64,000 nucleotides of DNA from Gemmatimonadota bacterium (lineage in GTDB: Bacteria; Gemmatimonadota; Gemmatimonadetes; Gemmatimonadales; GWC2-71-9), in NCBI GenBank assembly GCA_036679605.1, contig JAZDCZ010000386.1, forward strand, positions 32,001 to 96,000. The letters are read 5' to 3'. Under the pieces are notes generated by a model. That model was not told the origin of the DNA, searched no databases, and saw only the letters and a list, made by a program, of their open reading frames with translations. This document shows positions 34,042-44,758 of the stretch, piece by piece. Numbering within the stretch: the first letter of the stretch is position 1; each line of letters starts with the position of its first letter. The translations under genes and the position numbers were made by a program.

Positions 34042-36930
34042 CTAGTTTCCGTTCGTCACTCCGCCGCTCCACATAACTACCGAGTCGCGCAGCGCAACGC
34101 CCGTACCGTTTGCGTCACGGAGCGTGTTGCCCAGCAGTCGGAATGTCGCGCGCGCTCCCAACTCGTCATCCGAAGCGCGGAGTGCCTCCGCACGTAGGCG
34201 CAAGGCGATCGACCATGCGACTTGGTCCATGAAACCGACTGCGTATTCGAAGACAGTGGTCGCGGCCAAGACTTCGTCGTGATCTCCACGGGCCGCTGCT
34301 ACTCTGGCCCACTCCAAGCGGAGCGGCCACAGTGATGCTACGAAACCGAACGGGACGCGTTCGATGCTATAGCGCTCCGTCGCCTGTCGCCACGTCTCAT
34401 AAGCAGCGAGGGTGTCGCCCGCCGCCACCTGACTCAGCGCCGTCATGCCCTCCACTAAGCTTTGCTCCTGGGGGGTGGCAGCGGCCTCTGCAGCGAGCGA
34501 ACGCAGGCGTGCCAGCGCAGTTGCCGCGGCGCCAGGATCCCGCTCGCTGTACCACCGGGCCACCAGCCAGTTCGCGACGGGGTCTTCAACCGCTTGCGCC
34601 ATGAGTCGCGCGGCAGATCGGCTTTGCCCTTCTTCGTCGGCGAGCGGGACAGTCTCAGTTACGGCCGTCAAGACAATCCAGCGATCCAACTCAGTCCGCG
34701 GGATGTTCCGGCGTCGCGCCTCGCGCATCAGAGTGTCGACTGACGCGACCCGACCGGCTCCCAACGACGCTGCCATCTGCATGCGAAAGGTGATCGCCCG
34801 ATCCTGATCCGTAGTGGCCCGTTCCACGAGGGCGTCCAGCGCAAGCCCAGTCAGCGCCCGCTCGGGCACCCCCAAATCAGGATTGGCACCGCCCATCGCT
34901 ACAACTTCCAGCGCGGCCGTTGGTCTCACGTCGAACGACCCCGTTACACCGAGCGCCGCCTTGACGCCGCGATAGAGCGCCGAGTCGACCATGCGCACCA
35001 ACTCAGCCCATACCGAGATACTGTCGATGGCGAGATACGCTTCGAAGTAACGCTGGGCCGCACGCTTATTCTCCTGCAGCACTGCGATCAACCCGAGATG
35101 GGAGATTGCAGCGGCGAAGGACGGATCGAGTTCGTGTGCCCGGACGAGGGCGAACTGAGCGGCAGCCGGCGGTGTCCCAAAAAGCGGCCCGAAATAGACC
35201 TCCAGAAACCCCATGAGAAACCATGCGTCGGCCGCGTCGGGATGTTGGCTCACGATCTCCTGCAGGATGTCGTGAGACTGTTGCAGACGACCCTCGGCTA
35301 CGAGGATCTCGTACGCCCCGAGGAGGGCGTCCGTCGTTGGGTCGAGTCCGGCCCGATAGTCCCGCGCTGCATCGAGCGCAGACCGTATGGCACCGGTCAC
35401 GCGCGTCGGCCTCGCCCGGAAGACCTCGCATAACATCTTCTTGAAGTAGGCCGGTGCAAAGGTGGAGTCAGCGGCGATGACCGCTTCGTAACGCTCGATC
35501 GCCTGGTCGTATGCCGCGCTGCGATACAGTTCATCGCCGGCGAAATACGCCTGAATAGCACCCATCCCAATCGGAAGCGCCGAACTCCACCCGGTTTGCT
35601 CTCGGGCCAATTGCTCTGCAAATGTCTTCGCGACGAGGTCCGACACGATTCTTGACAGGCTGTCGACGGGACCGTCTGCGTCGGCACTTCGCAAGATCAT
35701 CCCGGTCGACGCATCTCGAATTTGCACATCCACCCGAATGCGGTCGGTCTCGACCTCAACACGGGCGACGAGCAGCTCTGAAGCACCAAATCGCGACGCC
35801 GCGAGACTCGCGACCGAGTCCCATTGCTGGACCGAATCTGCTACAACGGGCATTGCTTGGGCGAGGGCGGCTGACCCGACCACTCGGTGCTCGGGAAGCC
35901 AGCGGAGCTGATCCTCGAACGCCCGTGCAAGCCCTTGCTCCAACGCCGGGTCCGACCCGCCGGTCATGATCAAGGGTGCGACGGCGATCGTCTTCAAGTT
36001 CGCCGCCTCGGAAGTCTCGCCGAGCCAGCGCGACAAACCGATTCCAACTACCAACAGCACAGCGGCAACCGTCACGGCAGTCAGGATCCTCGCTGTGGGA
36101 TCTGACTTTCCTCTCGCTATCTCCAAGGTGTCGAGCCAGCTACGCACTGACTCGGGCCGGTCCTCACGATCGAAGGCAAGAGGCGCAATGAGAACACGTC
36201 GTACACCGGAACGAACATCCGGTCGAGCGGTGCGAAGTGCGTGCTCCACCTGTGCAGGATCACTGAGCTTGTACGCCGGCTCGCCGGTGAGCGCTTCAAA
36301 GGCCACTTCGCCTAAGGCAAAGAGATCCGCCCGCCCATCGACATCGGGCATTCCCATGGCCTGCTCCGGTGCCCAGTACGCTGGAGTGCCGACGGCCATG
36401 CCGGTCCCGGTAATCCCGGTCTCCTCCGGTTGAATGCCTCTGGCGATCCCGAAGTCCGCGATCAGCCAGCGTCCCGTCGCGTGTTCGCGGAGGATGTTGG
36501 CTGGTTTCACATCTCGATGGATGACGCCACGCTCATGTGCGTGGGCGAGGGCCGAGCCGATCTGTTCTACCAGCAGACGCACTTCAGAGAATTCCAGCCG
36601 GTTCTGCTTCTCGAGCAGCTCAGCGAGCGAATCGCCCTCTATGAAGGGCATAATGAAATACGCCAACCCTTTCTCTATCTGGAATTCGAAGACAGGCACG
36701 ATGTGTGGGTGTGGCAGGTTGGCTGCGAGGGTCGCCTCGCGCTTGAACCGTGCGAGTTCGCTGGAATCCGGCTCGGCGAGCATCGGCAGCACTTTGATGG
36801 CTACCTGTGAGCCCAACGAGCGATGCCGGCCGAGGAAGACAGCGCCCATGCCTCCTTTGCCAAGCAGCCGCTCCACCTCATAATTATCGTCGACAGCCGC
36901 TCTGACTTCGTTGAGGCTCGGTACGTCCAT
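34042..36930 (-). CDS. Hanks-type Ser/Thr protein kinase with TM helix and TPR-rich C-terminal region
   Basis: LGKGGMGAV, VAIK, HRDVKPANI, DFG, GTPAYWAPE; TM at about residue 282-302; helical repeats after it. Confidence 0.92.
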   Translation of the reverse strand: MDVPSLNEVRAAVDDNYEVERLLGKGGMGAVFLGRHRSLGSQVAIKVLPMLAEPDSSELARFKREATLAANLPHPHIVPVFEFQIEKGLAYFIMPFIEGDSLAELLEKQNRLEFSEVRLLVEQIGSALAHAHERGVIHRDVKPANILREHATGRWLIADFGIARGIQPEETGITGTGMAVGTPAYWAPEQAMGMPDVDGRADLFALGEVAFEALTGEPAYKLSDPAQVEHALRTARPDVRSGVRRVLIAPLAFDREDRPESVRSWLDTLEIARGKSDPTARILTAVTVAAVLLVVGIGLSRWLGETSEAANLKTIAVAPLIMTGGSDPALEQGLARAFEDQLRWLPEHRVVGSAALAQAMPVVADSVQQWDSVASLAASRFGASELLVARVEVETDRIRVDVQIRDASTGMILRSADADGPVDSLSRIVSDLVAKTFAEQLAREQTGWSSALPIGMGAIQAYFAGDELYRSAAYDQAIERYEAVIAADSTFAPAYFKKMLCEVFRARPTRVTGAIRSALDAARDYRAGLDPTTDALLGAYEILVAEGRLQQSHDILQEIVSQHPDAADAWFLMGFLEVYFGPLFGTPPAAAQFALVRAHELDPSFAAAISHLGLIAVLQENKRAAQRYFEAYLAIDSISVWAELVRMVDSALYRGVKAALGVTGSFDVRPTAALEVVAMGGANPDLGVPERALTGLALDALVERATTDQDRAITFRMQMAASLGAGRVASVDTLMREARRRNIPRTELDRWIVLTAVTETVPLADEEGQSRSAARLMAQAVEDPVANWLVARWYSERDPGAAATALARLRSLAAEAAATPQEQSLVEGMTALSQVAAGDTLAAYETWRQATERYSIERVPFGFVASLWPLRLEWARVAAARGDHDEVLAATTVFEYAVGFMDQVAWSIALRLRAEALRASDDELGARATFRLLGNTLRDANGTGVALRDSVVMWSGGVTNGN

Positions 36931-37203
36931 GCTTCCCGTCCCCCAGGGGTTAAGACCTTCCCCGACAAAGTTCCTCAGCCGTTCCTCGAGGCGCCAGCGT
37001 CCCCTAGGCTTCGGTTAGGAATGTCAGTCGGTCCTCCCAAAGTAGAACTGGGTGAGTCAACCGTCCAGTGAGTTTGATGTGCTTGCGGTCTGATCTGTGG
37101 GCCAGTGGACGCGAACGGGATGCAGGAGTCGCGTGTGGAAAGACCGTTACGCTAAGGTCTCCATTCATGGTAACCAGCCGGTTCCCGAGCTAGCTTACTC
37201 CGC

Positions 37204-38802
37204 ATGACCACCCAACTGGAGATGTTGCGCGAGGCGCTGCAAGGCCGCTACGATATTGTTCGCGAGGTCGGTAGAGGTGGGATGGCCACCGTCTATCTGG
37301 CCCAGGACGTGAAGCACAATCGGCCCGTTGCAGTCAAAGTGCTGCGGCCGGAGCTGGCCGCGTCGCTTGCGGTCAATCGGTTCCTCAAAGAGATCGAGAT
37401 CGCAGCGCAGCTAAACCATCCCCACATCGTGCCGCTCCTGGACTCCGGTGACCTGGACGGCGTGCTCCATTTCGTCATGCCGTTTGTGGAAGGACACTCG
37501 GTTCGTGGCCTCCTGGATGGAGAGCAGCCGATCACGCTGCCGACCGCACTTGCGATCACCAAGGAGGTGGCCGACGCCCTGAGCTACGCTCACCGCAAGG
37601 GCCTGGTCCATCGGGACATTAAGCCGGAGAACATTCTTCTCTCGGAGGGGCATGCGGTGGTCGCGGACTTCGGGATCGCCAAGGCCATCAGTACGGCGGG
37701 CGGTGACAAGCTCACGCGTACGGGGTTCCCCATCGGTACCGTCGGCTACATGAGTCCGGAGCAGGCGGCCGGCCGTACCGATCTCGACGAGCGGACCGAC
37801 GTGTACAGCCTTGCCAGCGTATTCTACGAGATGATGGTAGGGGAGGCGCCCGGCATGTGGGTGACAGACGAATCGATGAAGTACAAGCGCTTCGTCGACG
37901 CGCTTCCGGTGCATCGAGAGCAGCTCGACCGCCTCCCCGGTGCCGTCGAGCAGGTGCTCGTGCAGGCGATGAGCATACGTTCGGAGGACCGGCACATCAC
38001 ACCTAACGACTTTGCGGCCGCGCTCGAGCAGGCCGTACAGCGCAAGCCCGCATACAACGAGTCCCAAGCACGGTCCGTGATCCGGCAAGCAGCGGAGCAG
38101 CAGCTGGAGCATCCGACGGAGGAGGAGGGTGCTCTGTCGCTTGCGGGGATCCAGCGTATTGGCGCCGAGGTCGGACTATCGCCGGAACGGGTGCAGGAAG
38201 CTGCGCTGGCGGTGGCCGCGCCACCGGCAGTACCGGCGATGCCGTGGCGGGGAGGACTCTTCGGTGCTCCATCGAAGATCGACATGGAGCGCACGCTGGA
38301 TACGGAATTGCCGGCCGAGGCGTTCGAGGGCCTGCTGGAAGAGGTGCGGGCGATCACCGGCGAGGTCGGCCGCATCAACGAAACTCTAGGGAGGTCGCTA
38401 TCGTGGAACTCTCTCAGCTTCCAGAACTCGTTCGAGGGAACTGGACGTCTCATCCACGTGATGGTCAAACCGAAGGATGGCAAGACCCGCATCCGGATCA
38501 CCGAGAGCGCCGGGGTGCATCCGTTGTTGTTCCTGGGGACGCTGACAGGCGGAGGAGCGCTGGGAGTCGCGATGTCACTGGCCAGGTTGAACAACGGTGG
38601 TCCGTTCTGGCTGGCCGCTTCGATCCTCGCCGCGACCTGGGGCGCGACGTACGTCGTCGCCCGAACCGGGTTCCGTGGTTTCATCAAGCGGCGGGTCCGG
38701 ATCCTGTCGGGCCTGTTGAATCGTTTGTCGAACCACGTCACATCTACAGTCCCCGGTTCGGCCGTAACGCTCGCCGGAACAGATGAGGACGGTGGTGGGT
38801 GA
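37204..38802 (+). CDS. Hanks-type Ser/Thr protein kinase with C-terminal two-TM membrane module
   Basis: VGRGGMATV, VAVK, HRDIKPENI, DFG, GTVGYMSPE; two hydrophobic segments near the C-terminus. Confidence 0.92.
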   Translation: MTTQLEMLREALQGRYDIVREVGRGGMATVYLAQDVKHNRPVAVKVLRPELAASLAVNRFLKEIEIAAQLNHPHIVPLLDSGDLDGVLHFVMPFVEGHSVRGLLDGEQPITLPTALAITKEVADALSYAHRKGLVHRDIKPENILLSEGHAVVADFGIAKAISTAGGDKLTRTGFPIGTVGYMSPEQAAGRTDLDERTDVYSLASVFYEMMVGEAPGMWVTDESMKYKRFVDALPVHREQLDRLPGAVEQVLVQAMSIRSEDRHITPNDFAAALEQAVQRKPAYNESQARSVIRQAAEQQLEHPTEEEGALSLAGIQRIGAEVGLSPERVQEAALAVAAPPAVPAMPWRGGLFGAPSKIDMERTLDTELPAEAFEGLLEEVRAITGEVGRINETLGRSLSWNSLSFQNSFEGTGRLIHVMVKPKDGKTRIRITESAGVHPLLFLGTLTGGGALGVAMSLARLNNGGPFWLAASILAATWGATYVVARTGFRGFIKRRVRILSGLLNRLSNHVTSTVPGSAVTLAGTDEDGGG

Positions 38803-38852
38803 GCTGAGCCGAGGGAAGGCCACCCCGGCATGCGGGCCGAAGGTCTGAGCCC

Positions 38853-39125
38853 CTAGGTGATGATGTTATGGGTCTCGGAGATCTGCGGTTCCGGGGCTTC
38901 GATACCCACTTCTTCAAGGATCGGCGTGAGGGTCTCCCCGAATGCTTCGAAGGCTGCGAGCGACTCCCAAACATCCACGACGCCCAAATGGTCGGGTGTA
39001 CCGTGGCAAGTATGATGCTCACGCCCCGGAGGTGCTCCAGCCCCGGCCGCTTCTAGGCGACGAAGGACCTCTGCGTACTTATCGGCCGTCATGTTGGTAG
39101 CTGGGAAGATCACGGTAATGGACAT
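38853..39125 (-). CDS. Small hypothetical protein, probable dimeric alpha+beta barrel (ABM-like)
   Basis: GGAGG RBS; VVDVWESLAAFEAF pattern. Confidence 0.7.
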   Translation of the reverse strand: MSITVIFPATNMTADKYAEVLRRLEAAGAGAPPGREHHTCHGTPDHLGVVDVWESLAAFEAFGETLTPILEEVGIEAPEPQISETHNIIT

Positions 39126-39290
39126 ACAAACCTCCGAGGGAAAAGGGATCCAACAGCTTCGAATGTACGGGCCACCAGGGCGCTCGGTAAGATGCTGGGT
39201 GAGGGGCAGATTGCTACCCTGCGATCAAGATGATGTAGGTCTGGCGGAGGTATGCCACGCTACTTGCCCAGAAACTTGCCACCAATCATT

Positions 39291-39318
39291 TTGGCACCCC
39301 GTTAAGACCTGTTATGTT
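39291..39318 (+). promoter_or_regulatory. Putative sigma70 promoter of the tRNA gene
   Basis: TTGGCA-N16-TATGTT with a TGn extended -10. Confidence 0.45.
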
Positions 39319-39337
39319 GTTGTCGTTGCGCTACCTA

Positions 39338-39410
39338 GGGGCGGTAGCTCAGTTGGGAGAGCACCTGCCTTGCACGCAGGGGGTCGTGGGTTCGAGCCCC
39401 ATCCGCTCCA
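39338..39410 (+). tRNA. tRNA-Ala (anticodon TGC), CCA not encoded
   Basis: Acceptor GGGGCGG/CCGCTCC with G3:U70; anticodon stem CCTGC/GCAGG with loop CTTGCAC; GGTTCGAG T-arm. Confidence 0.96.
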
Positions 39411-39456
39411 TTCTTGCAACACAAGACTCCGCACCGAAGTGTGACGCTGGGAGCCC

Positions 39457-41928
39457 TTACTCCTCTCTGAGCGCCACTACGGGATCGATCCGCGTCGCGC
39501 GCCGCGCCGGCGCCCATGATGCGATGATCGCCACCACGATGAAGACAGCCGCCATCGCCGCGTACGTCGCCATATCGGTTGCGGGGACCTCCACCAATAG
39601 ACTCTGCATCAACCGCGTCGCCCAAAGGCTTCCGATCAAACCAGCAACCAAACCGATTCCGGTGAGCGTGATCCCCTGGCGTAGGACGAGTTTCAGGATG
39701 TTCCCTGCCTGGGCGCCGAGTGCCATGCGCACGCCGATCTCGCCGACACGTTGCCGCACGGTGTGAGACAGCACGCCGTAGATCCCGATGCTCGCAAGCG
39801 CAAGTGCCATCACCCCGAACGCTCCGATCAATGCCAGGGCAAACCGTGTTTCCGTCATGGCTTCATCGACGCGTGCCTCCATCGAGCGCACGTCTGACAG
39901 CGGAAGCATGGGATTGAGCTCATCGAGTTCGCGACGTACCTGCTGCACGAAGCGCTCGGGGTCCCTCGTGGTCCGCACGACGTACGCCATGTTCCCGAGA
40001 GTTCCGGCGTACAGGTTGGTCACGTAGATGCCTTCCGTTCCGTCCCTCGCCAAAGACGGTCCACGTTGATGCTCCACGACCCCTATTACCTCAACCTCTT
40101 GTGGATCGAGTGACGTGATACGAATCAGCAGTCGCTTGTGCACGGCGCTCGCACCGGGCGCAATGATCCCCGCCAGTACTTCATCGACGACCACAACCGC
40201 CGTGCTGTCGGCAAAATCGGCGGGTGAAAACAAGCGCCCCTCGATGAGGTTGGTCCTCATCGTCTCAAAATATCCGGGACGGATGGCGCGGTACGCCGCC
40301 TGGCCGTAAAGGCTCTCATCGGTGATGGCCTCGAGCGGACCGTACCGTCCTGTAAAGAAGTTGTTCTGCAGAGGCACAGTCGAGGCGGCCGACACATGCG
40401 TGACGCCCGGAAGCGATCGGAGTCGTTCGTCAAACGTGTTGAAGAAGATGACTTTCTCGGGATCCGGGTACCGGTTTCCCGGCAGCGAAATATTGAAGGT
40501 CAGAACGTTGTTCGGATCGTAACCCGGGTCTACCCTTTGCAACGCCATGAAGCTCCGTATCATGAGCCCTGCGCCAATCATGAGCACGAAACACAACGCG
40601 ACCTCCGTCACGATGATGCCGCTGCGGAACAGACGCTGCCTAGACAACGAGGACGACCGCCCGCGGTCTTTCAGGGAATCCGTGAGGGTTGGATTCGAAA
40701 CTCGAATTGCGGGAAAGAGCCCGAACAGCAGAGCCGTGGCCACCGACGCCACGACGGTAAATGCAAGAACGGGCAGATCGATGCTCACCGTCTCCATGCG
40801 CGGCAAATTTGCGGGACGCATGGCCAGCAAGAGACGATTTCCTCCTACGGCAAGCAGAAGACCGAGTCCACCCCCAGCGAGCGCGAGGACGCCGCTCTCG
40901 ACGAGCAATTGACGCATGACATGGGCGCGACTTCCACCCAGTGCGATGCGAATTGCGAATTCACGTTCGCGACTGCTGGCCCGGACGAGAAACAAGTTCG
41001 ACACGTTGGCGCACGCTATGAGCAGCACGAACACTACCGCGCCAAACAATGCTATGATTACGGGACGAATTTCGGCCGTCAGCTCCTCCAGCATCCCGTG
41101 GACATCAATCCGCCATCCGGCGGACTCCCGAAGGTTGGATTCCTCTCTGAATCGTGCGGTAAACGCATCCATCTCCGCCTGTGCCTGGGCGATGCTTACA
41201 CCTGACTTCAACCGCCCCACCACGGCCCAAACGACGTTGCGACGGGCTGGCCACGCCGCCACGTCGATTCGCGGGGTAGTCCACATGTCGACTCGCCGTG
41301 TGAGATTGCTTCCGGTACCGAAATGCAGTTCGGCGCCGGGCGGCATCACGCCGACGATCAGCGCGGCGTTGTTGTTGACTTCGACCGACCGCCCGATGAT
41401 CTGGTTCTCACCGCCAAACCGGCGCTGCCAGAGTTCGTAGCTGAGCACTACGCTGGCCGCGGGGATCGATGCGGCGTCGGTGTTCGGTGCGATCGGCTCC
41501 GCATCGGACGGCTCGAACCCTCGCCCAAGCAATGGCCGCACCCCGAGCACGTCCAAGAAGTTCACGGTCGTTCCCGCGACATCGATTACTTCGGGAGCGG
41601 CATCGCCGCCGGTCAGCGTCTGCGTGAAGGTGACCACGCCGCCAAGGTCCTCGTACAACGTTGCCTGTTCCTGAAAGTCACGGAGATCGGGAGGCGACAG
41701 GGGGAACTTGGGCTGATTCCGGTTCGTGAGGTTGGCCCAGATCACAACCAATTGTTCCGCATTATCATACGGCAGCGGTCGTAGCAGCACCGCTTGGACA
41801 ACACTGAAGATTGCCGTGCTGGCTCCAATGCCAAGCGCGATCGTGCCAACCGCGATCGCGGTAAACGCAGGTTGGCGCAAAAGGGAACGAACGGCGTACC
41901 GCAGGTCCCTCAGTAGTCCAGCTATCAT
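39457..41928 (-). CDS. Duplicated MacB/FtsX-type ABC permease (ADOP-like orphan permease)
   Basis: [56 protein letters not shown]; no adjacent ATPase. Confidence 0.9.
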   Translation of the reverse strand: MIAGLLRDLRYAVRSLLRQPAFTAIAVGTIALGIGASTAIFSVVQAVLLRPLPYDNAEQLVVIWANLTNRNQPKFPLSPPDLRDFQEQATLYEDLGGVVTFTQTLTGGDAAPEVIDVAGTTVNFLDVLGVRPLLGRGFEPSDAEPIAPNTDAASIPAASVVLSYELWQRRFGGENQIIGRSVEVNNNAALIVGVMPPGAELHFGTGSNLTRRVDMWTTPRIDVAAWPARRNVVWAVVGRLKSGVSIAQAQAEMDAFTARFREESNLRESAGWRIDVHGMLEELTAEIRPVIIALFGAVVFVLLIACANVSNLFLVRASSREREFAIRIALGGSRAHVMRQLLVESGVLALAGGGLGLLLAVGGNRLLLAMRPANLPRMETVSIDLPVLAFTVVASVATALLFGLFPAIRVSNPTLTDSLKDRGRSSSLSRQRLFRSGIIVTEVALCFVLMIGAGLMIRSFMALQRVDPGYDPNNVLTFNISLPGNRYPDPEKVIFFNTFDERLRSLPGVTHVSAASTVPLQNNFFTGRYGPLEAITDESLYGQAAYRAIRPGYFETMRTNLIEGRLFSPADFADSTAVVVVDEVLAGIIAPGASAVHKRLLIRITSLDPQEVEVIGVVEHQRGPSLARDGTEGIYVTNLYAGTLGNMAYVVRTTRDPERFVQQVRRELDELNPMLPLSDVRSMEARVDEAMTETRFALALIGAFGVMALALASIGIYGVLSHTVRQRVGEIGVRMALGAQAGNILKLVLRQGITLTGIGLVAGLIGSLWATRLMQSLLVEVPATDMATYAAMAAVFIVVAIIASWAPARRATRIDPVVALREE

Positions 41929-41953
41929 GATCTCCTAGTTACCTAAGTGCTGC

Positions 41954-42562
41954 CTAGCCAGTCGCTTGTAGTCTCCTGGCGACTTCCTCCCAGTTGACCA
42001 CGTTCCACCAGGCTGCGACATAGTCGGGCCGCCTATTCTGGTAATTCAGATAGTAGGCATGTTCCCACACGTCCAGGCCCAGGATCGGGGTCTTGCCATC
42101 CATCAAAGGCGAATCTTGGTTCGGAGTGCTCTCGACAACCAAACCTCCGCCATCGAGCACGAGCCAGGCCCAGCCACTGCCGAACCTCGTGGCGGCGGCA
42201 TTCGAGAACGCTGTCTTGAACGAAGCGAAATCCCCGAACGCGTCATTGATTCCGTCTGCCAGGGCTCCGCCGGGCTCACCACCGCCGCCAGGGGCCATGA
42301 CCTGCCAGAAGAGCGAATGGTTGGCATGCCCTCCACCGTTGTTTCTGACCGCTCCTCTGATATCCTCAGGAACGTTGTTGATATCACCGATCAGGTCCTC
42401 GACACTCTTGCCCTGCAGGTCGCCGTGCTTTTCCAGGGCTGCGTTCAGCTTCGTTACGTAACCTTGGTGGTGCTTTCCGTGATGAATCTCCATAGTCCTG
42501 GTATCGATGTGCGGTTCCAGCGCATCGTGGCCATATGGCAGAGAAGGTAGTTCGTGTGCCAT
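41954..42562 (-). CDS. sodA: Superoxide dismutase, Mn/Fe family (Mn-type signature)
   Basis: Start [10 protein letters not shown] at 42562; [27 protein letters not shown]. Confidence 0.93.
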   Translation of the reverse strand: MAHELPSLPYGHDALEPHIDTRTMEIHHGKHHQGYVTKLNAALEKHGDLQGKSVEDLIGDINNVPEDIRGAVRNNGGGHANHSLFWQVMAPGGGGEPGGALADGINDAFGDFASFKTAFSNAAATRFGSGWAWLVLDGGGLVVESTPNQDSPLMDGKTPILGLDVWEHAYYLNYQNRRPDYVAAWWNVVNWEEVARRLQATG

Positions 42563-42669
42563 TACTGATTGCTCCTTTGTGAAACGCGATGAGGGACTCA
42601 TAATTAGTCACCACGGACGCTCCGAAACAAGGGAGCGAGAACGAGAAGAACTCTTGCCAAGGAGATGTC

Positions 42670-43131
42670 ATGAGTGGTCTCAAGGTGGGTGACTCGGCAC
42701 CCGAATTCACTCTTCCGTCCACGGGTGGCGGTGAAACGACGCTCTCGTCGTTCCGGGGCGAGTCGAACGTGCTGCTTGCGTTCTTCCCGCTGGCGTTTAC
42801 GGGCGTGTGCACCAGCGAAATGTGCGATTTCACCCATGATTTGGGGCAATTCAACGACGTGGACACCAAGGTGTTTGGGATAAGCGTAGACTCTGTTCCG
42901 ACCTTGAATGAGTTCAAACAGAAGAACGGGATAACAATTGATCTCCTGAACGATTTCAAAAGAGACGTGAGCCGGGCCTATGGCGTGCTGCTGGAGGATA
43001 AGTTCTTCACTCAGCGAGCCTACTTCATAATTGACAAGAACGGGGTGCTGACCTGGATGCATGTCGAAGATGAATTGGGCCACAAGCGTGACAACGCTGA
43101 GCTGTTGGAGAAACTCGGCCAGGTCGGGTGA
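42670..43131 (+). CDS. Peroxiredoxin (AhpE/BCP-like)
   Basis: [15 protein letters not shown] (PxxxTxxC), GISVDS, RAYFIID. Confidence 0.9.
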   Translation: MSGLKVGDSAPEFTLPSTGGGETTLSSFRGESNVLLAFFPLAFTGVCTSEMCDFTHDLGQFNDVDTKVFGISVDSVPTLNEFKQKNGITIDLLNDFKRDVSRAYGVLLEDKFFTQRAYFIIDKNGVLTWMHVEDELGHKRDNAELLEKLGQVG

Positions 43132-43186
43132 TCCCGGGTGGCGACCAAAAGGACGTCTTGCCTTTATATTGTCTACGTTCTGCGCA

Positions 43187-44758
43187 ATGAGCGAAGCCAT
43201 GTCTACTGAAACTCGCGGTCTTCGAATTCTCGAGGATGCAAGCAGCTATCTGGCCAGCGGCATAGGATCGAAGGGCGCGCTGATGGGTGTGGCCGGCGTC
43301 CTATCCCGTGGGCTCGAGAGCGATGAATGCCGTATTTGGGTCAGAACCCCTGACGGCAGTGGCTTCGATGCGATAACCGCTGAGGGCTATCCACCGCCAC
43401 CGGCCGGACACGCCGACCTAGTGCGGGGATGGCTAAAAGCACTCGTCACAGATGAGTTAGTTGGAGATACCTGGCAGTTGCGTGTACCGCTTGCCTACGA
43501 AGGAGAGCAACTCGGATTGCTCGAGGCAACGGTCGCTGACGGACCCGAAGTAGCAGTTCTCCGGCGAGTCGTCGCGACAGTAGCCAACGTTCTTTCGCCT
43601 CTTCTAGCTTCGGTCGAGTTGTCAGAGGATTTGGCTAGCGAGGTAGCCATGCGCACTCGCGAGACTGAGGCGCAGCGTCGGTTTACCTCGAAGATCATCG
43701 ATTCACTGCCGGTGGGTCTGTACGTGGTAGACCGGTCCTACAGGATCCAAGCCTGGAACCGCAAACGAGAATTAGGCACGCTAGGTGTTGAGCGCGGCGA
43801 GGTGCTGGGCAAGCAGGTGTTCGATGTGCTACAGCGCCAACCAAGTGAACTGCTGAGGCAAGAGTTTGACTCCGTTTTCAGTACGGGCCGCATAGAGCAG
43901 CTGGAGGCGGAGTCGAGTTCCAGCGGTGAGCCGCGGCACTATCGGATTACGAAGGTGCCCATGAGGCTGGATGACGAGGAAATCACACATGTCATCACGA
44001 TCGGAGAGGACCTGACGGACTCCAAGTTGGTCCAGCGCCAAATCTCCCAGACGGAGAAACTGGCTGCCGTGGGCCAGCTGGCGGCTGGCGTGATGCATGA
44101 GATCAACAATCCACTAGCAACGATTGGGGCCTGCGTAGAGGCTATCTCCATGAGGGGTGAGGGATTGAGCAGGTCGGAAAAGTCGTGGGCCGAAGAATAT
44201 CTTCGAATCATCGATTCCGAACTCGGTCGGTGCAAGGCGATCATCGATGGGCTCCTAGATTTCTCGCGACCGCAATCGCGGGCCATGGGTCGGGCCGAGG
44301 TGAATCAGGTCATCGAGGACGCACTCTTTTTGGTCAAGCACCACGACCGGTTTAGGCGGATTGAGCTTGTGCGGCTCCTGTCCGACGATCTGCCGGACAT
44401 TCGTGGCAATACCGAGCAGTTGATTCAGGTGTTCTTGGCTCTGATGTTGAACTCCATAGACGCTATGGAAGGAACGGGCACCCTAACGGTTAGGACTAAG
44501 GGGAGTCCAGGGTCCGACGGTTTGGTAGTTGCTGAATTCGAGGACACTGGGATGGGAATCCCGCAAGATGAGATTTCAAAGATCTTTGAGCCGTTCTTCA
44601 CCACTAAGCAGCCAGGTAGGGGTACTGGATTGGGCCTGTCGATTTGTTACGGCATTGTTCAGCAGCATGGGGGTACCATCAGCGTCGAGTCATCCATCGG
44701 CCGAGGTTCCAAGTTCAGCGTCACGCTGCCGACCTATAGCGAAGAGACCCTCTCATGA
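43187..44758 (+). CDS. Cytoplasmic GAF-like/PAS sensor histidine kinase (NtrB-like)
   Basis: [41 protein letters not shown]; no TM segment. Confidence 0.92.
   Translation: MSEAMSTETRGLRILEDASSYLASGIGSKGALMGVAGVLSRGLESDECRIWVRTPDGSGFDAITAEGYPPPPAGHADLVRGWLKALVTDELVGDTWQLRVPLAYEGEQLGLLEATVADGPEVAVLRRVVATVANVLSPLLASVELSEDLASEVAMRTRETEAQRRFTSKIIDSLPVGLYVVDRSYRIQAWNRKRELGTLGVERGEVLGKQVFDVLQRQPSELLRQEFDSVFSTGRIEQLEAESSSSGEPRHYRITKVPMRLDDEEITHVITIGEDLTDSKLVQRQISQTEKLAAVGQLAAGVMHEINNPLATIGACVEAISMRGEGLSRSEKSWAEEYLRIIDSELGRCKAIIDGLLDFSRPQSRAMGRAEVNQVIEDALFLVKHHDRFRRIELVRLLSDDLPDIRGNTEQLIQVFLALMLNSIDAMEGTGTLTVRTKGSPGSDGLVVAEFEDTGMGIPQDEISKIFEPFFTTKQPGRGTGLGLSICYGIVQQHGGTISVESSIGRGSKFSVTLPTYSEETLS

Larger units (their letters stand above)
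28835..34065. repeat. Diverged tandem duplication: unit 1 28835-31474, unit 2 31475-34065
   Basis: Both units begin CGTCGCCGATTAATTTTGC (S9 3' end), carry a protease plus lipoprotein pair, and end in the 24-nt 3' tail of the convergent kinase gene. Confidence 0.92.

Noticed and set aside
37001..37020. cUUCGg hairpin between the kinases as a structured ncRNA
   Set aside because: The stem is short and bulged, with no other recognisable riboswitch or sRNA features.
37824..38831. 335-aa antisense ORF, and many similar shadow ORFs such as 312-1022, 29536-30279 and 40396-41205
   Set aside because: They overlap well-supported genes, have Ser/Arg/Pro-rich composition without motifs, and are expected in GC-rich DNA.
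37204..41928. Genomic island integrated at tRNA-Ala
   Set aside because: No integrase, no duplicated tRNA 3' end and no mobility genes seen.
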